A DNA stretch of 35,578 nucleotides from a virus (Duplodnaviria > Caudoviricetes): positions 1 to 35,578 of IMG/VR virus record IMGVR_UViG_3300026543_000122; one strand, given 5' to 3'. The stretch's first letter is position 1. Each line of letters opens with the position of its first letter. The notes under the pieces were generated by a model. It saw only the letters and a program-made list of their open reading frames with translations. It ran no database searches and was not told where the DNA came from. This document shows, one piece after another, positions 24,875 to 32,846 of the stretch. The position numbers and the translations under genes are program-made.

Positions 24875-26353
24875 TTAAAATTCGCTCCAAGTTTCTTTCT
24901 TATCCTGACCCGTATAGCCATAGCTGGATGGCTTTGGCCTTTTATAAATCTTGGTACTGCCTTTATTAAAATTCAATTTCGCTGCTAGAGCATATTTCAA
25001 AGCGGCGAGAAAATCTCTATTCGTTATCTCAAGCTTGGGTTTATTAGAATCATTCACCTTATCGCGCTGCCACTGAACATTCTCTATGTCGTTAATAATA
25101 CCACGGTTGATTTCAACTATGCGTAATTTTGGAAGTATCTCCCCGAAATTGTCTTCCTTTTCGGGCACATGTAACGCTTCGCAAATTCGAGTGATGAAGT
25201 TCTCATCACCCTTCTCATCATAAGTGGTGGCTCTCACCCTAATCCCCTCTTCACGTAAAACCTGGATGAAGCTCTTAAAGCCCTCGCCTCCTGTCATCTC
25301 TGATGATCCGAGAGAATCACACACAATGTCGACAACACGGTAGCCGGAATAGAACTCCTTTAGAAAAGCGGCATACTGACGAGGTGCCATCTTCTGGCTT
25401 GACTCCTTGATGTAATAAATCTTGTCATGACGATCCACTCCGATCAGAACAGCTACATTCGGCTTATGAGGGTGAGGATCAATCCCGACGACACACGGGT
25501 TATTTTTATCCCACTGAAGATCTCTAGAAACGAGGTGAGTGCTCCTATCAAAGAGTCCGGCTAGAGCCTGTCCAGCCAGGTCAAAGAAGTGTCCCTCAAG
25601 TCTCACCTTCTTTTCTTGCGACGTGAGCCTGGCAGAAAATCTGTCTAACCAATCCTTTTCCTGATTTTCTTTATTATCCCTGGAATATCCCCTGAAGCAT
25701 TCGACGTGAGGAAGTTCTCCCTTTATCCACTTCTCATAGATGTTTCGTCTTAGCCAAGCGCCAACAATAGGTGTACCAGCCAGAAGTATTTTAAGAGGCC
25801 TGTTCTTAATCCGACCACCACGATATAGAGAATTAAAAACCCTTTCAGGCGGCGGCTCATCGGCAAAGATGTGAGTCCATTCAGATCCTTCAAGCTTCAG
25901 TGTCTCCACGTTATGTGAAATTGCCGTGACTGAACTTCCGTTCTTGTAAGTTATTTTAGTATAGTAAGGCTTACCCTGCTTAGCTAACTGCTCAGGTTTA
26001 ACGATGTTCCATTTCCGGTACTCGTCTAGGAAGTCATCAATCTTGTAGGGATCGTCTAAAAGTAGACACATCTTAGCCGGAATCTGAAAAGTCTCCTTTG
26101 TGATCGGGTTAAACCCAGTCGCTGCCCAATGGACCTCGTTGGCTAGAATACAAGTCTTCCCGAATCCATTCCCGCAAAAAAGGTACCTCTCAAGAGAGTG
26201 TGACCGATGAATCTTGAGCTGCCCGTCATGAGGATCGTACTTAGCTTTTCTTTTTTTTATGTGCTCTTGCTTCTTGTCTAAAGCGAGTAAGAGCTCAATT
26301 TTCTCTTCTTTTGAGAGCTTTTGTAAATCGATCTTCTTCTTACGCTTAGCCAA
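24875..26353 (-). CDS. terL: Terminase large subunit
   Basis: PHDGQ, Walker A GNGFGKT, Walker B IFADEPP, AGTP coupling motif, nuclease VGIDPH. Confidence 0.92.
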   Translation of the reverse strand: MAKRKKKIDLQKLSKEEKIELLLALDKKQEHIKKRKAKYDPHDGQLKIHRSHSLERYLFCGNGFGKTCILANEVHWAATGFNPITKETFQIPAKMCLLLDDPYKIDDFLDEYRKWNIVKPEQLAKQGKPYYTKITYKNGSSVTAISHNVETLKLEGSEWTHIFADEPPPERVFNSLYRGGRIKNRPLKILLAGTPIVGAWLRRNIYEKWIKGELPHVECFRGYSRDNKENQEKDWLDRFSARLTSQEKKVRLEGHFFDLAGQALAGLFDRSTHLVSRDLQWDKNNPCVVGIDPHPHKPNVAVLIGVDRHDKIYYIKESSQKMAPRQYAAFLKEFYSGYRVVDIVCDSLGSSEMTGGEGFKSFIQVLREEGIRVRATTYDEKGDENFITRICEALHVPEKEDNFGEILPKLRIVEINRGIINDIENVQWQRDKVNDSNKPKLEITNRDFLAALKYALAAKLNFNKGSTKIYKRPKPSSYGYTGQDKKETWSEF

Positions 26354-26501
26354 GTCGTCTTCGACGCCTTCTGGCTGTTCCCAGTCTTGCTCTTCCAGCT
26401 GACGCGACTCGCTTCGCTCCGACTCTTCCTACTTTTCTTGCTACCTTTTTAGCTTGTCTTCTCGCTGTGGAACGAACTGCCTGTAATCTATCAAATGCCA
26501 T
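26346..26501 (-). CDS. 51-aa protamine-like Arg-rich protein (not in ORF track)
   Basis: SD AGGAG then ATG; MAFDRLQAVRSTARRQAKKVARKVGRVGAKRVASAGRARLGTARRRRRRLG; its 3' end overlaps the terminase TTG start. Confidence 0.7.
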   Translation of the reverse strand: MAFDRLQAVRSTARRQAKKVARKVGRVGAKRVASAGRARLGTARRRRRRLG

Positions 26502-26512
26502 AACATTCTCCT

Positions 26513-26770
26513 TTATTGTACTTTCTTTGTTCTATTGATCTCTAAGTGAGAGGCTATGAAATCAGCGTTAGCGTGACCACATATCCTTCCCGCTGTCGAA
26601 GATCTTATTTGGCTTTGTAACTTAGGAATGATTTTGTGGTGAAGCTCCAAGACTTCGTTCAAAAGAAACTTAAGGTTCAGTAAATCAATCTCAACCGTAG
26701 CCGTAAAGTTAAGGCCGTTTTCCTCTAGTGAGTTTCGACACAGATCTCGGTAATCATCCACGCTCATCAT
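26513..26770 (-). CDS. Hypothetical protein
   Basis: Tightly packed in the operon. Confidence 0.55.
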   Translation of the reverse strand: MMSVDDYRDLCRNSLEENGLNFTATVEIDLLNLKFLLNEVLELHHKIIPKLQSQIRSSTAGRICGHANADFIASHLEINRTKKVQ

Positions 26771-26772
26771 GA

Positions 26773-27171
26773 CTAGTGATTTTTATCCTTTGAAAGTTCG
26801 ATGCCGTCAAGCTTAGTGAGCAGTAGAGCGTCGATCTCCTCTTCCGGAAGTTCGTTCAGGTGATGCGTCACCTCTTGCTTCTGCGTCGGCTTTCCCTCTT
26901 TTCGGTCTAGATTATCCCTGATTGCAGCAAGTGCAAGAGTCTCATCACGACAAGTAAGAGCAAGAGTAATAGCGCGCGCTTGGCAAAGGGGAGCATACTT
27001 TTCACGAAGTCGCTTTTCATCCATCCCACATTTAAGGTCCAACTTTATACTCTTTAGGATATCAGCGAATTCGTCAAACTCAGCCAGATCGTCTAGCTTT
27101 CTTGCCATCTTTCTTTCGGTGGTGTTTCCGCTTCTTACGCGCTCTTGTCTTCTTTTTAGTCGTGTTCTCAT
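26773..27171 (-). CDS. Probable terminase small subunit
   Basis: LAAIRDNLDRKEGKPTQKQEV...LPEEEIDALL tail typical of TerS-like proteins; upstream of terL. Confidence 0.6.
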   Translation of the reverse strand: MRTRLKRRQERVRSGNTTERKMARKLDDLAEFDEFADILKSIKLDLKCGMDEKRLREKYAPLCQARAITLALTCRDETLALAAIRDNLDRKEGKPTQKQEVTHHLNELPEEEIDALLLTKLDGIELSKDKNH

Positions 27172-27472
27172 AATTTAATCTTAAGACATTATACAACCCT
27201 TCTTCAAGTTTTAGTGTCTGATTCTCCGTAATGGGAGGTCCGGGGTATTCCACGTTAATCGCGTGAACCACTTCATGAAGAAAGGTTTTCACAGTTTGTC
27301 GATCAGACAGTCGGTCGTCAACCTCAATGAGCTTCTTGTTGGGACAACAAGAACCGTAGCTCTTATCACTTCGGAAATAAGAGCAGCGGTAACTTTCATC
27401 AGCAGTGATCCGTATCCTACCCTTTGAAGCTAACAAAGCGCGGACCATATTGATCAATTTCACCCCATCCAT
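27080..27472 (-). CDS. HExxH zinc-metallopeptidase-like protein
   Basis: YG.C......IEV......TFLHEVVHAI...E motif. Confidence 0.65.
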   Translation of the reverse strand: MDGVKLINMVRALLASKGRIRITADESYRCSYFRSDKSYGSCCPNKKLIEVDDRLSDRQTVKTFLHEVVHAINVEYPGPPITENQTLKLEEGLYNVLRLNYENTTKKKTRARKKRKHHRKKDGKKARRSG

Positions 27473-28139
27473 GAGTCCACCTTGTGATCGTCGTCATTCC
27501 GTAACGCGCAGGGACACTGTCAAAGGCAAGACAGGTCCCACAATTTAATTCAAACAAATTGTACCGTGTCGTCTTCTTACTATTCAAATGTGGAATGCAA
27601 ATCGGTGCAAAATAAGTCCCCCCACGGTGAGAGTGGCCGACCACCGTTGGAGTCCGGTTATACTCAGCGTGTTGACCGAGCTTTGATCGGTGCCCGTGCT
27701 CAAACACGATTCCCTCGATCATGACCGGAGTTCGAGGCTGAATCGTCCTCACCCCTTCAAACTCATAAGCACTCTTGAAATCAAAATACTGATAAAGCTC
27801 TGGACACTTCTCCAAAATTCGCTTCATCGGTCTCTCGTCGTGATTGCCCATGAGCTGAACGCACTTAATCCCAGGCTGGATCTTCTGAACTTGCTTCCAA
27901 AAAGAAACCGCCCAGGAACGCCCAAGCTCAGCTTCCGCTTGCGGAGTCAAAAGATCGTGAGAGCGAGCAAACTTACTCGCGCTCCACATATCGTATAGAT
28001 CTCCGATTTGAATGCAGTATTGAAAGGGATTTTGAGACGTATCTTCCAGCCGCTTTATAAAAGCAGCAACCACCTTGTCGTTTTGCCAGGGTGCGTGGAC
28101 ATCACCGAGAATGATGAACTTCGAGCCCTCCTTGGCCAT
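27417..28139 (-). CDS. Calcineurin-like metallophosphoesterase
   Basis: GDVH, GDLYD, GNHD, HGH and GHSH motifs. Confidence 0.9.
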   Translation of the reverse strand: MAKEGSKFIILGDVHAPWQNDKVVAAFIKRLEDTSQNPFQYCIQIGDLYDMWSASKFARSHDLLTPQAEAELGRSWAVSFWKQVQKIQPGIKCVQLMGNHDERPMKRILEKCPELYQYFDFKSAYEFEGVRTIQPRTPVMIEGIVFEHGHRSKLGQHAEYNRTPTVVGHSHRGGTYFAPICIPHLNSKKTTRYNLFELNCGTCLAFDSVPARYGMTTITRWTHGWGEIDQYGPRFVSFKG

Positions 28140-28147
28140 CTGTCGCT

Positions 28148-28153
28148 ATTATA
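28148..28153 (-). promoter_or_regulatory. -10 element (TATAAT) 8 nt before the metallophosphoesterase ATG; possible near-leaderless promoter
   Basis: Perfect TATAAT; no SD before the ATG; no clear -35. Confidence 0.4.
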
Positions 28154-28167
28154 GTGGAAAAGTGTAG

Positions 28168-28197
28168 AAAAAGAAAAGGCCAGCATCCGTGCTGACC
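28168..28197 (-). terminator. Intrinsic terminator
   Basis: GGTCAGCA-CGGA-TGCTGGCC followed by TTTTCTTTTT on the minus strand. Confidence 0.7.
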
Positions 28198-28260
28198 CTT
28201 CTCGTATGATCCCCATCAAAGTCAAGCGTTATACTACCAGCGTTTAAAGATTAAATAAAG

Positions 28261-28290
28261 TTGACCAAAGATTCCAAAGTTAGGTATAGT
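28261..28290 (+). promoter_or_regulatory. Sigma70-like promoter facing no ORF
   Basis: TTGACC-18 nt-TATAGT with an AT-rich upstream element. Confidence 0.45.
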
Positions 28291-28330
28291 TGGGATTAGA
28301 CTTCATTATTCTGATTCAATCTTCCATTAG

Positions 28331-28372
28331 AAAACCGCCTAAGTAGTTTCGCTACTTAGGCGGCCTCATTTT
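28331..28372. terminator. Intrinsic terminator, possibly bidirectional
   Basis: Perfect 12-bp stem CCGCCTAAGTAG/CTACTTAGGCGG. TTTT follows immediately on the minus strand; CCTCATTTT follows on the plus strand. Confidence 0.75.
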
Positions 28373-28423
28373 CAGAAGGGGTATTATAGGAATGGTTAAA
28401 ACCCCTCTATAAGCCCAACTCGT

Positions 28424-29626
28424 TTAACCCTCCCAAGTAAATCCTTTAGCAGCATCGTAATTCCAAGTCTGAAGAAGCTTCCCGGCACCAGGCTGTCCGA
28501 AAGCTTTCCTTAAACTGATATTTCCGTTGAACTGGAATCCAGACTCGAAGTTCACCTTCTTGCAATCGTCATAAATCGTAATCGCCCCGCTACCAAAGTT
28601 ACAGTCAGACTTCACTGTGAGCTCATCAACACGATCTGCTCTTAAGACTTCTCTGTCTGAATTGACAACGTTAATTTTGGTGCCACTGATAATTGCACTC
28701 GGACACACCTTCCCACCAGCACCAATCATGATGCCACCATGAGAGTTGTAAGACCCACCACTTGGTCCAGCGAAAGGTTTCGGATGATTGCAAACGATCG
28801 TACAATCCTTAATTGCTAGCGCTTGTCCCGGAGAAAAGATGCTAAACGGCCAGGACGCTCTCACAGCACTTCCTGTATTAATCACGCCGCCGTCGATGGA
28901 CTTACAGTTATCAAGCGTGATCGTATGGGTGGCATGCTTCCAGTCACTCTTCGGAATCAACGTCTCCTGGTCGCGCCAAACAAGCTGCACAAACTGAGCG
29001 CCGTGCTGAATGCCAACAACATTGCGGATAATAAGAGAACCAAAAACATTAAAATATGCAAGATGACCTTCCCTTCCCTGGCTGAAATCGCCAGTACGCC
29101 AACATAAGAAATTTTCTAGCAAGCCTTGTACGTTGTAATTTCTAAAAGTCCATTTTGGCCCGTGCTCACCCCATGAAGCAACAGCATTGACTCCGAGCAC
29201 CTTTTTATCCTTTGTGTCAGCTGTAGGGAAATTAAAGATGTTAGGAGACTGATTGCTATTCACCTGAATATAGGTGTGCCACGGATGTTCCTCAAGGTTG
29301 TCATAAATTGACCCCTTGAAATCAGGAGTGTTGTAAGTGTCAGGTAGCCAAGCGTACTGACCGCCGACCGCAAACACTGGATCCTCAACCAAATCAACCG
29401 GTGGGTCAACCGGAGGATCTACTGGGGGATCAACAGGAGGATCCTTGTCTTCAACAAGAAGTTTCGTTAGATCTTGGACGGCCACTCCAGCCGAAAGTGC
29501 GGTCTCTTCTAAGTCCAGAATTTGGCTCCAAAGCGCGAGCGACTTCTGCTTAACCTCAGACATCTCGGAGTAAGCATTGCTAAACTCCGAAGCAATCTTG
29601 GCGATCTCTTTCTCGTATGCCATCAT
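28424..29626 (-). CDS. 400-aa protein: coiled coil, Pro-rich linker, probable beta-helix domain
   Basis: AAGGAGG SD before ATG 29626; (DPPV)4 linker; TFRN, IIRNV, ITLDNC, AIKDCTI rung-like motifs. Confidence 0.7.
   Translation of the reverse strand: MMAYEKEIAKIASEFSNAYSEMSEVKQKSLALWSQILDLEETALSAGVAVQDLTKLLVEDKDPPVDPPVDPPVDPPVDLVEDPVFAVGGQYAWLPDTYNTPDFKGSIYDNLEEHPWHTYIQVNSNQSPNIFNFPTADTKDKKVLGVNAVASWGEHGPKWTFRNYNVQGLLENFLCWRTGDFSQGREGHLAYFNVFGSLIIRNVVGIQHGAQFVQLVWRDQETLIPKSDWKHATHTITLDNCKSIDGGVINTGSAVRASWPFSIFSPGQALAIKDCTIVCNHPKPFAGPSGGSYNSHGGIMIGAGGKVCPSAIISGTKINVVNSDREVLRADRVDELTVKSDCNFGSGAITIYDDCKKVNFESGFQFNGNISLRKAFGQPGAGKLLQTWNYDAAKGFTWEG
29396..29443 (-). repeat. Four 12-nt coding repeats (DPPV)
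   Basis: Peptide units are identical while the codons differ synonymously. Confidence 0.8.
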
Positions 29627-29822
29627 AATCCTCCTTCTCAAACGTAGGTCTCTTCCAAAAAAGATAATGTCCACAGTCATCACACCGGTACTGAGGGTAA
29701 GGAACAAACTTCCTCATTCCAGTGCGGTTTAAAATATCCTTACCAGATCTCTTCTTGTCTCGGTCCTGACAATTCGTGCAATAGGCAAGCATCTCCCCAC
29801 GCCGGAAACCCTCAAAGCTCAC
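29580..29822 (-). CDS. Zinc-ribbon protein
   Basis: CTNC...CDDC; start may be the downstream MLAYC. Confidence 0.6.
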   Translation of the reverse strand: MSFEGFRRGEMLAYCTNCQDRDKKRSGKDILNRTGMRKFVPYPQYRCDDCGHYLFWKRPTFEKEDYDGIRERDRQDCFGV

Positions 29823-29959
29823 TTTTTCTTCGATTTTGTCAACGCCTTGTCAATACATTTTAAGAAAAATTCCTGAGCACTCTGGTCCGACATCAACAAA
29901 TACAATTTAAACCTGTTGTAGACCTCTAAGTCATCCACCCGAATTTGCATATGCTTCAC
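29819..29959 (-). CDS. 46-aa ribbon-helix-helix (Arc/CopG/ParG-like) DNA-binding protein (not in ORF track)
   Basis: MKHMQIRVDDLEVYNRFKLYLLMSDQSAQEFFLKCIDKALTKSKKK: alternating beta strand, helix A, Ser N-cap, helix B. GTGA overlaps at both ends. Confidence 0.65.
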   Translation of the reverse strand: MKHMQIRVDDLEVYNRFKLYLLMSDQSAQEFFLKCIDKALTKSKKK

Positions 29960-30222
29960 TGATTCACCGCCTTTTTGATCTTATCAATGTTCCATGTCCC
30001 CTTTGCGTTTAGGAAATCCTGAATGTCTTGATTGTCTTTAATGATCTTTAAATTTGCGCTGAGTGAAAAAAAGAGTTCGTCAAACTTATCGGCCTTCGGT
30101 CTAGCGTGGAAGTTATTCAGAAATTCCTCAACGATATGGAAGAAACTCTTTAAGGTGTCTCGAATGAAAACTTCTTTGATATTCCGATGAGAGATGTTTC
30201 TCAGGTAAGGATTAGTGATCAT
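29956..30222 (-). CDS. Hypothetical protein
   Basis: Overlap-coupled ORF. Confidence 0.55.
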   Translation of the reverse strand: MITNPYLRNISHRNIKEVFIRDTLKSFFHIVEEFLNNFHARPKADKFDELFFSLSANLKIIKDNQDIQDFLNAKGTWNIDKIKKAVNQ

Positions 30223-30418
30223 TTTTTAATGTAACAACCAGCCCGGCCGCTTCCCCACACTTTCCACAACGTTCTTGGTCCAAGTCCTCAATTTCAGCAC
30301 GGCAATTAAAACAGTTAATCTTCTCGATTACAATCTTAATCGTTTCCCTGACGGGATCTCCAAACTCAAAACTCGGTTGCTCATTGCCACCTTTAAAAGA
30401 AGCCGACCCAGTACTCAT
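30212..30418 (-). CDS. Zinc-ribbon protein
   Basis: CFNC...CGKC; start codon uncertain because it lies inside a hairpin loop. Confidence 0.5.
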   Translation of the reverse strand: MSTGSASFKGGNEQPSFEFGDPVRETIKIVIEKINCFNCRAEIEDLDQERCGKCGEAAGLVVTLKNDH

Positions 30419-30514
30419 AACAACAAAAGGGCATTCTGAAGAAACACACCGGGTCGGCCTCCTTCGCTTTTGGACTTACTCGAATTATGAACCCAATTCG
30501 GAATCGTCCAAAAC

Positions 30515-30880
30515 CTAGTCTAAGAGATTCTCGCCAATCTCTTCCTTTTCGGAATTGTCGTGGTCTTTAAGATCTTTGACCTGCACATCAAAACAATCTT
30601 TCAAGGCCCTTTTCAATTCTTCATCATTCATACATAAAACACAGTAGCTCACCAAAATCCCAGACATGTAGCCGAGTCTGTTTTTTTTGAAGTTCTTATT
30701 GACAATGTCGAAGGTGGTTTTCATCAAAAAGCCAGGCCGCTCTTTGGCGTCCCGGCAAGCATCATCAAAAAAATTCTCAAAAGCTTCCGTGTTGGCACCC
30801 AAACTGTAGACCATCCTAAGAATAATTTCCTTAGCTATAGGATTTATGGAAGCCTCTTTATTAATCAAAGATTGATTCAT
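30515..30880 (-). CDS. Hypothetical protein
   Basis: Probable start MNQSL after GGGGAG SD. Confidence 0.65.
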   Translation of the reverse strand: MNQSLINKEASINPIAKEIILRMVYSLGANTEAFENFFDDACRDAKERPGFLMKTTFDIVNKNFKKNRLGYMSGILVSYCVLCMNDEELKRALKDCFDVQVKDLKDHDNSEKEEIGENLLD

Positions 30881-31025
30881 CAGACTCCCCTGCCTTTTCC
30901 AATTCCTCAAACTTCATCGCGTAATCGTGATAGCCACCTGCGCACGTCATCCAAAACACATCTCCCTCACGCTTCCAAACCATCTGAACTGTGTAGTCAC
31001 TGCAAAGCGGGCAATACGCCTTCAC
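30861..31025 (-). CDS. 54-aa zinc-ribbon-like protein (not in ORF track)
   Basis: GAGG SD and GTGA overlap; MKAYCPLCSDYTVQMVWKREGDVFWMTCAGGYHDY... Confidence 0.55.
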   Translation of the reverse strand: MKAYCPLCSDYTVQMVWKREGDVFWMTCAGGYHDYAMKFEELEKAGESDESIFD

Positions 31026-31225
31026 GTCCTCTTAAACCGAACTAACTCCATGTTCTTTTGCCCTCTCACAAGCGTTTCGATCTTCTCTTTATTCCGGCGA
31101 CCCTCCTTGGTCGCATCACTCGCTACTGCCTGCAAAATCTGATCGCCAAGTCTGAAGCCGGCTAATGTCTGCTCTCCAGTCTTAGGATCAGTGACAACGG
31201 CGGCGAAGATATTCCTAATTTTCAT
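31022..31225 (-). CDS. Hypothetical protein
   Basis: Overlap-coupled ORF. Confidence 0.6.
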   Translation of the reverse strand: MKIRNIFAAVVTDPKTGEQTLAGFRLGDQILQAVASDATKEGRRNKEKIETLVRGQKNMELVRFKRT

Positions 31226-31472
31226 TTACAAAGACGTGCCAAATGGTGTCCTGTAAAAGTGTAGTCCCAATGAACCTCAAGCCCGTCTCGTTAAACTTTT
31301 CTCCAGTCGGAGTGACGAGAAATTTAGTCTGTTTATGCTCAACGGTTGGATCAACAAGCGCAAAAAGAGTCACCGTATTCGCAATAGTCTCCACAGTGAG
31401 AAAAGTAGCGCCAGTCGGGATCAACATCTCAGATTTGCCTAGACTTAGATTAAATTTCGTTATTGTTTTCAT
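31215..31472 (-). CDS. Conserved small phage protein of unknown function
   Basis: MKTI.KF.L...P.GA..L.V...LFALVD...TG...FIGT...WHVF pattern that I recall as common in phages; GGAGG SD. Confidence 0.75.
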   Translation of the reverse strand: MKTITKFNLSLGKSEMLIPTGATFLTVETIANTVTLFALVDPTVEHKQTKFLVTPTGEKFNETGLRFIGTTLLQDTIWHVFVNEN

Positions 31473-31509
31473 TGATTCTTTCCTCCAATTTTTACCGGAG
31501 TATCAGAAC

Positions 31510-31521
31510 CATGGAGCCATG
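31510..31521. promoter_or_regulatory. Operator-like CATG-N4-CATG, copy 1
   Basis: CATGGAGCCATG, intergenic, in the spacer of TTCCCA-17-(TGa)TACTCC on the minus strand. Confidence 0.55.
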
Positions 31522-31609
31522 GGAAGAGAAAAATTACGACTCGCCCACAGCCTTTAATGCGGCGTGCCTGAGCCCAGGATAGGCGCAAATAAACTCCGTA
31601 ACGCGAATC

Positions 31610-32011
31610 TTAATCCGGGTTCGCTTCGTTTTCACTCTTCTTTGCCTTCGTTCGAACAGTCATCATCATGTCACCATTTCTTTCTAAAATAGAAAGCACT
31701 TCGTCAAGCCCCTCCTCTTTCATTTTAAAAAGAGTCATCCCAAGAACTAACCCGGAAATATGAGCCGACACGAACTCATTCTGCTTATCAAGTTTCCACT
31801 TCTCTACGACTTCTTTATACCGAGTCATAAAGCCCTTAGAGAAATCATGGTGGATCTTTAGAGCCTCTTTGTCTATATCGTACATCAGTTGATAATAAAA
31901 TTTAGGATCCTTGTGCCCCCAAAGAGAACACAGAAATACTAAGTGCTTCTTCAAAATGTCAAAGCGCTTCTCGTCCATCTCATTATCAGGCAGCTTTTTC
32001 TTAAACATCAT
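31610..32011 (-). CDS. Hypothetical protein (possible paralog of 30515..30880)
   Basis: ATGA overlap; shares a GF...V.K...SG+++...M.EE.L pattern. Confidence 0.65.
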   Translation of the reverse strand: MMFKKKLPDNEMDEKRFDILKKHLVFLCSLWGHKDPKFYYQLMYDIDKEALKIHHDFSKGFMTRYKEVVEKWKLDKQNEFVSAHISGLVLGMTLFKMKEEGLDEVLSILERNGDMMMTVRTKAKKSENEANPD

Positions 32012-32193
32012 TTCTTGTACTTATCCTTATCTTCCTTACGTTTCTCGTAAAATCTTCCGTCATCGGGCCAGGCGCCTTTTTTTGGAACCAACACGCTGCG
32101 GGCACTAAGCTTAGCCGCTCTGCGAGCTTTACGGTTCATAGCGACGACCTTACCGGTTTTATCTTTGATAAAGACTGGTTTTTGTTTAGCCAA
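32008..32193 (-). CDS. Small basic protein
   Basis: MNRKARR motif; Lys/Arg-rich. Confidence 0.55.
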   Translation of the reverse strand: MAKQKPVFIKDKTGKVVAMNRKARRAAKLSARSVLVPKKGAWPDDGRFYEKRKEDKDKYKK

Positions 32194-32562
32194 TCACTTG
32201 TCCCCCAACCTCTTTGCGACTGCTAGAATTTTTCCACGAGCTCTTTTTATGAAAGCCAGTATTAATTTATCCCGATCACAAATATCATTTGAAACACACC
32301 ATAATCCCACTTGACCAACGATGTAAGAAGCTCTCTCCATCCCTCGACGCTCAGCTTCTGCCTTGATTCCTCGGCGCTCGGCTTTAACGAGTTCTTTACT
32401 GTAAACCTCATTAGTGATAAACCACTCTTCCCGCTCTTTGTCCAAAGCACTTAAGCTTGCATTCTCAAGCTCCGCTTCGATGTCTTCGACGAGACCACAA
32501 TGCTCCTCAGGCTCACAAAGATGGTTCCGAGCAAGATCTATGGCTATCTTACGGAAGGTCAC
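32194..32562 (-). CDS. Hypothetical protein
   Basis: GGGGGAG SD and GTGA overlap. Confidence 0.6.
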   Translation of the reverse strand: MTFRKIAIDLARNHLCEPEEHCGLVEDIEAELENASLSALDKEREEWFITNEVYSKELVKAERRGIKAEAERRGMERASYIVGQVGLWCVSNDICDRDKLILAFIKRARGKILAVAKRLGDK

Positions 32563-32846
32563 TTCTCCCCCAGGATCTCTTTGATTTGTTTGAGCGCCTG
32601 ATCAGATTCGAATTTGTTACACCAGGTTGTGTGAAAGTTCCCTGTCCAATCACAATCGCAATCCATATTCTCCAGTGCCCTCACCGCCACTTCTAGCGCA
32701 CGAGTCTCAAGGGGCCATCGAGTGCGGGCTTCAACATCAAACTCTATATCCGCAGAACAAGTGGGACAGTCAATGCTTGAGCATGGACATTTCTCAGTCG
32801 CAGCTTCCTGGATCTTACGGGACTCGGTGAGGTGGTTCATAATCAA
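32559..32846 (-). CDS. Cys-rich hypothetical protein
   Basis: CPCSSIDCPTC and CDC...H...C clusters. Confidence 0.6.
   Translation of the reverse strand: MIMNHLTESRKIQEAATEKCPCSSIDCPTCSADIEFDVEARTRWPLETRALEVAVRALENMDCDCDWTGNFHTTWCNKFESDQALKQIKEILGEK

Noticed and set aside
6475-28139. Stop-codon reassignment or intron/intein in core genes
   Set aside because: Terminase, portal and capsid genes are intact and of ordinary length under the standard code, and genes abut at TAA, TAG and TGA stops.
29396-29443. Tandem repeat as a possible CRISPR array or VNTR
   Set aside because: The 12-nt units have no spacers and vary synonymously, so this is a protein linker.
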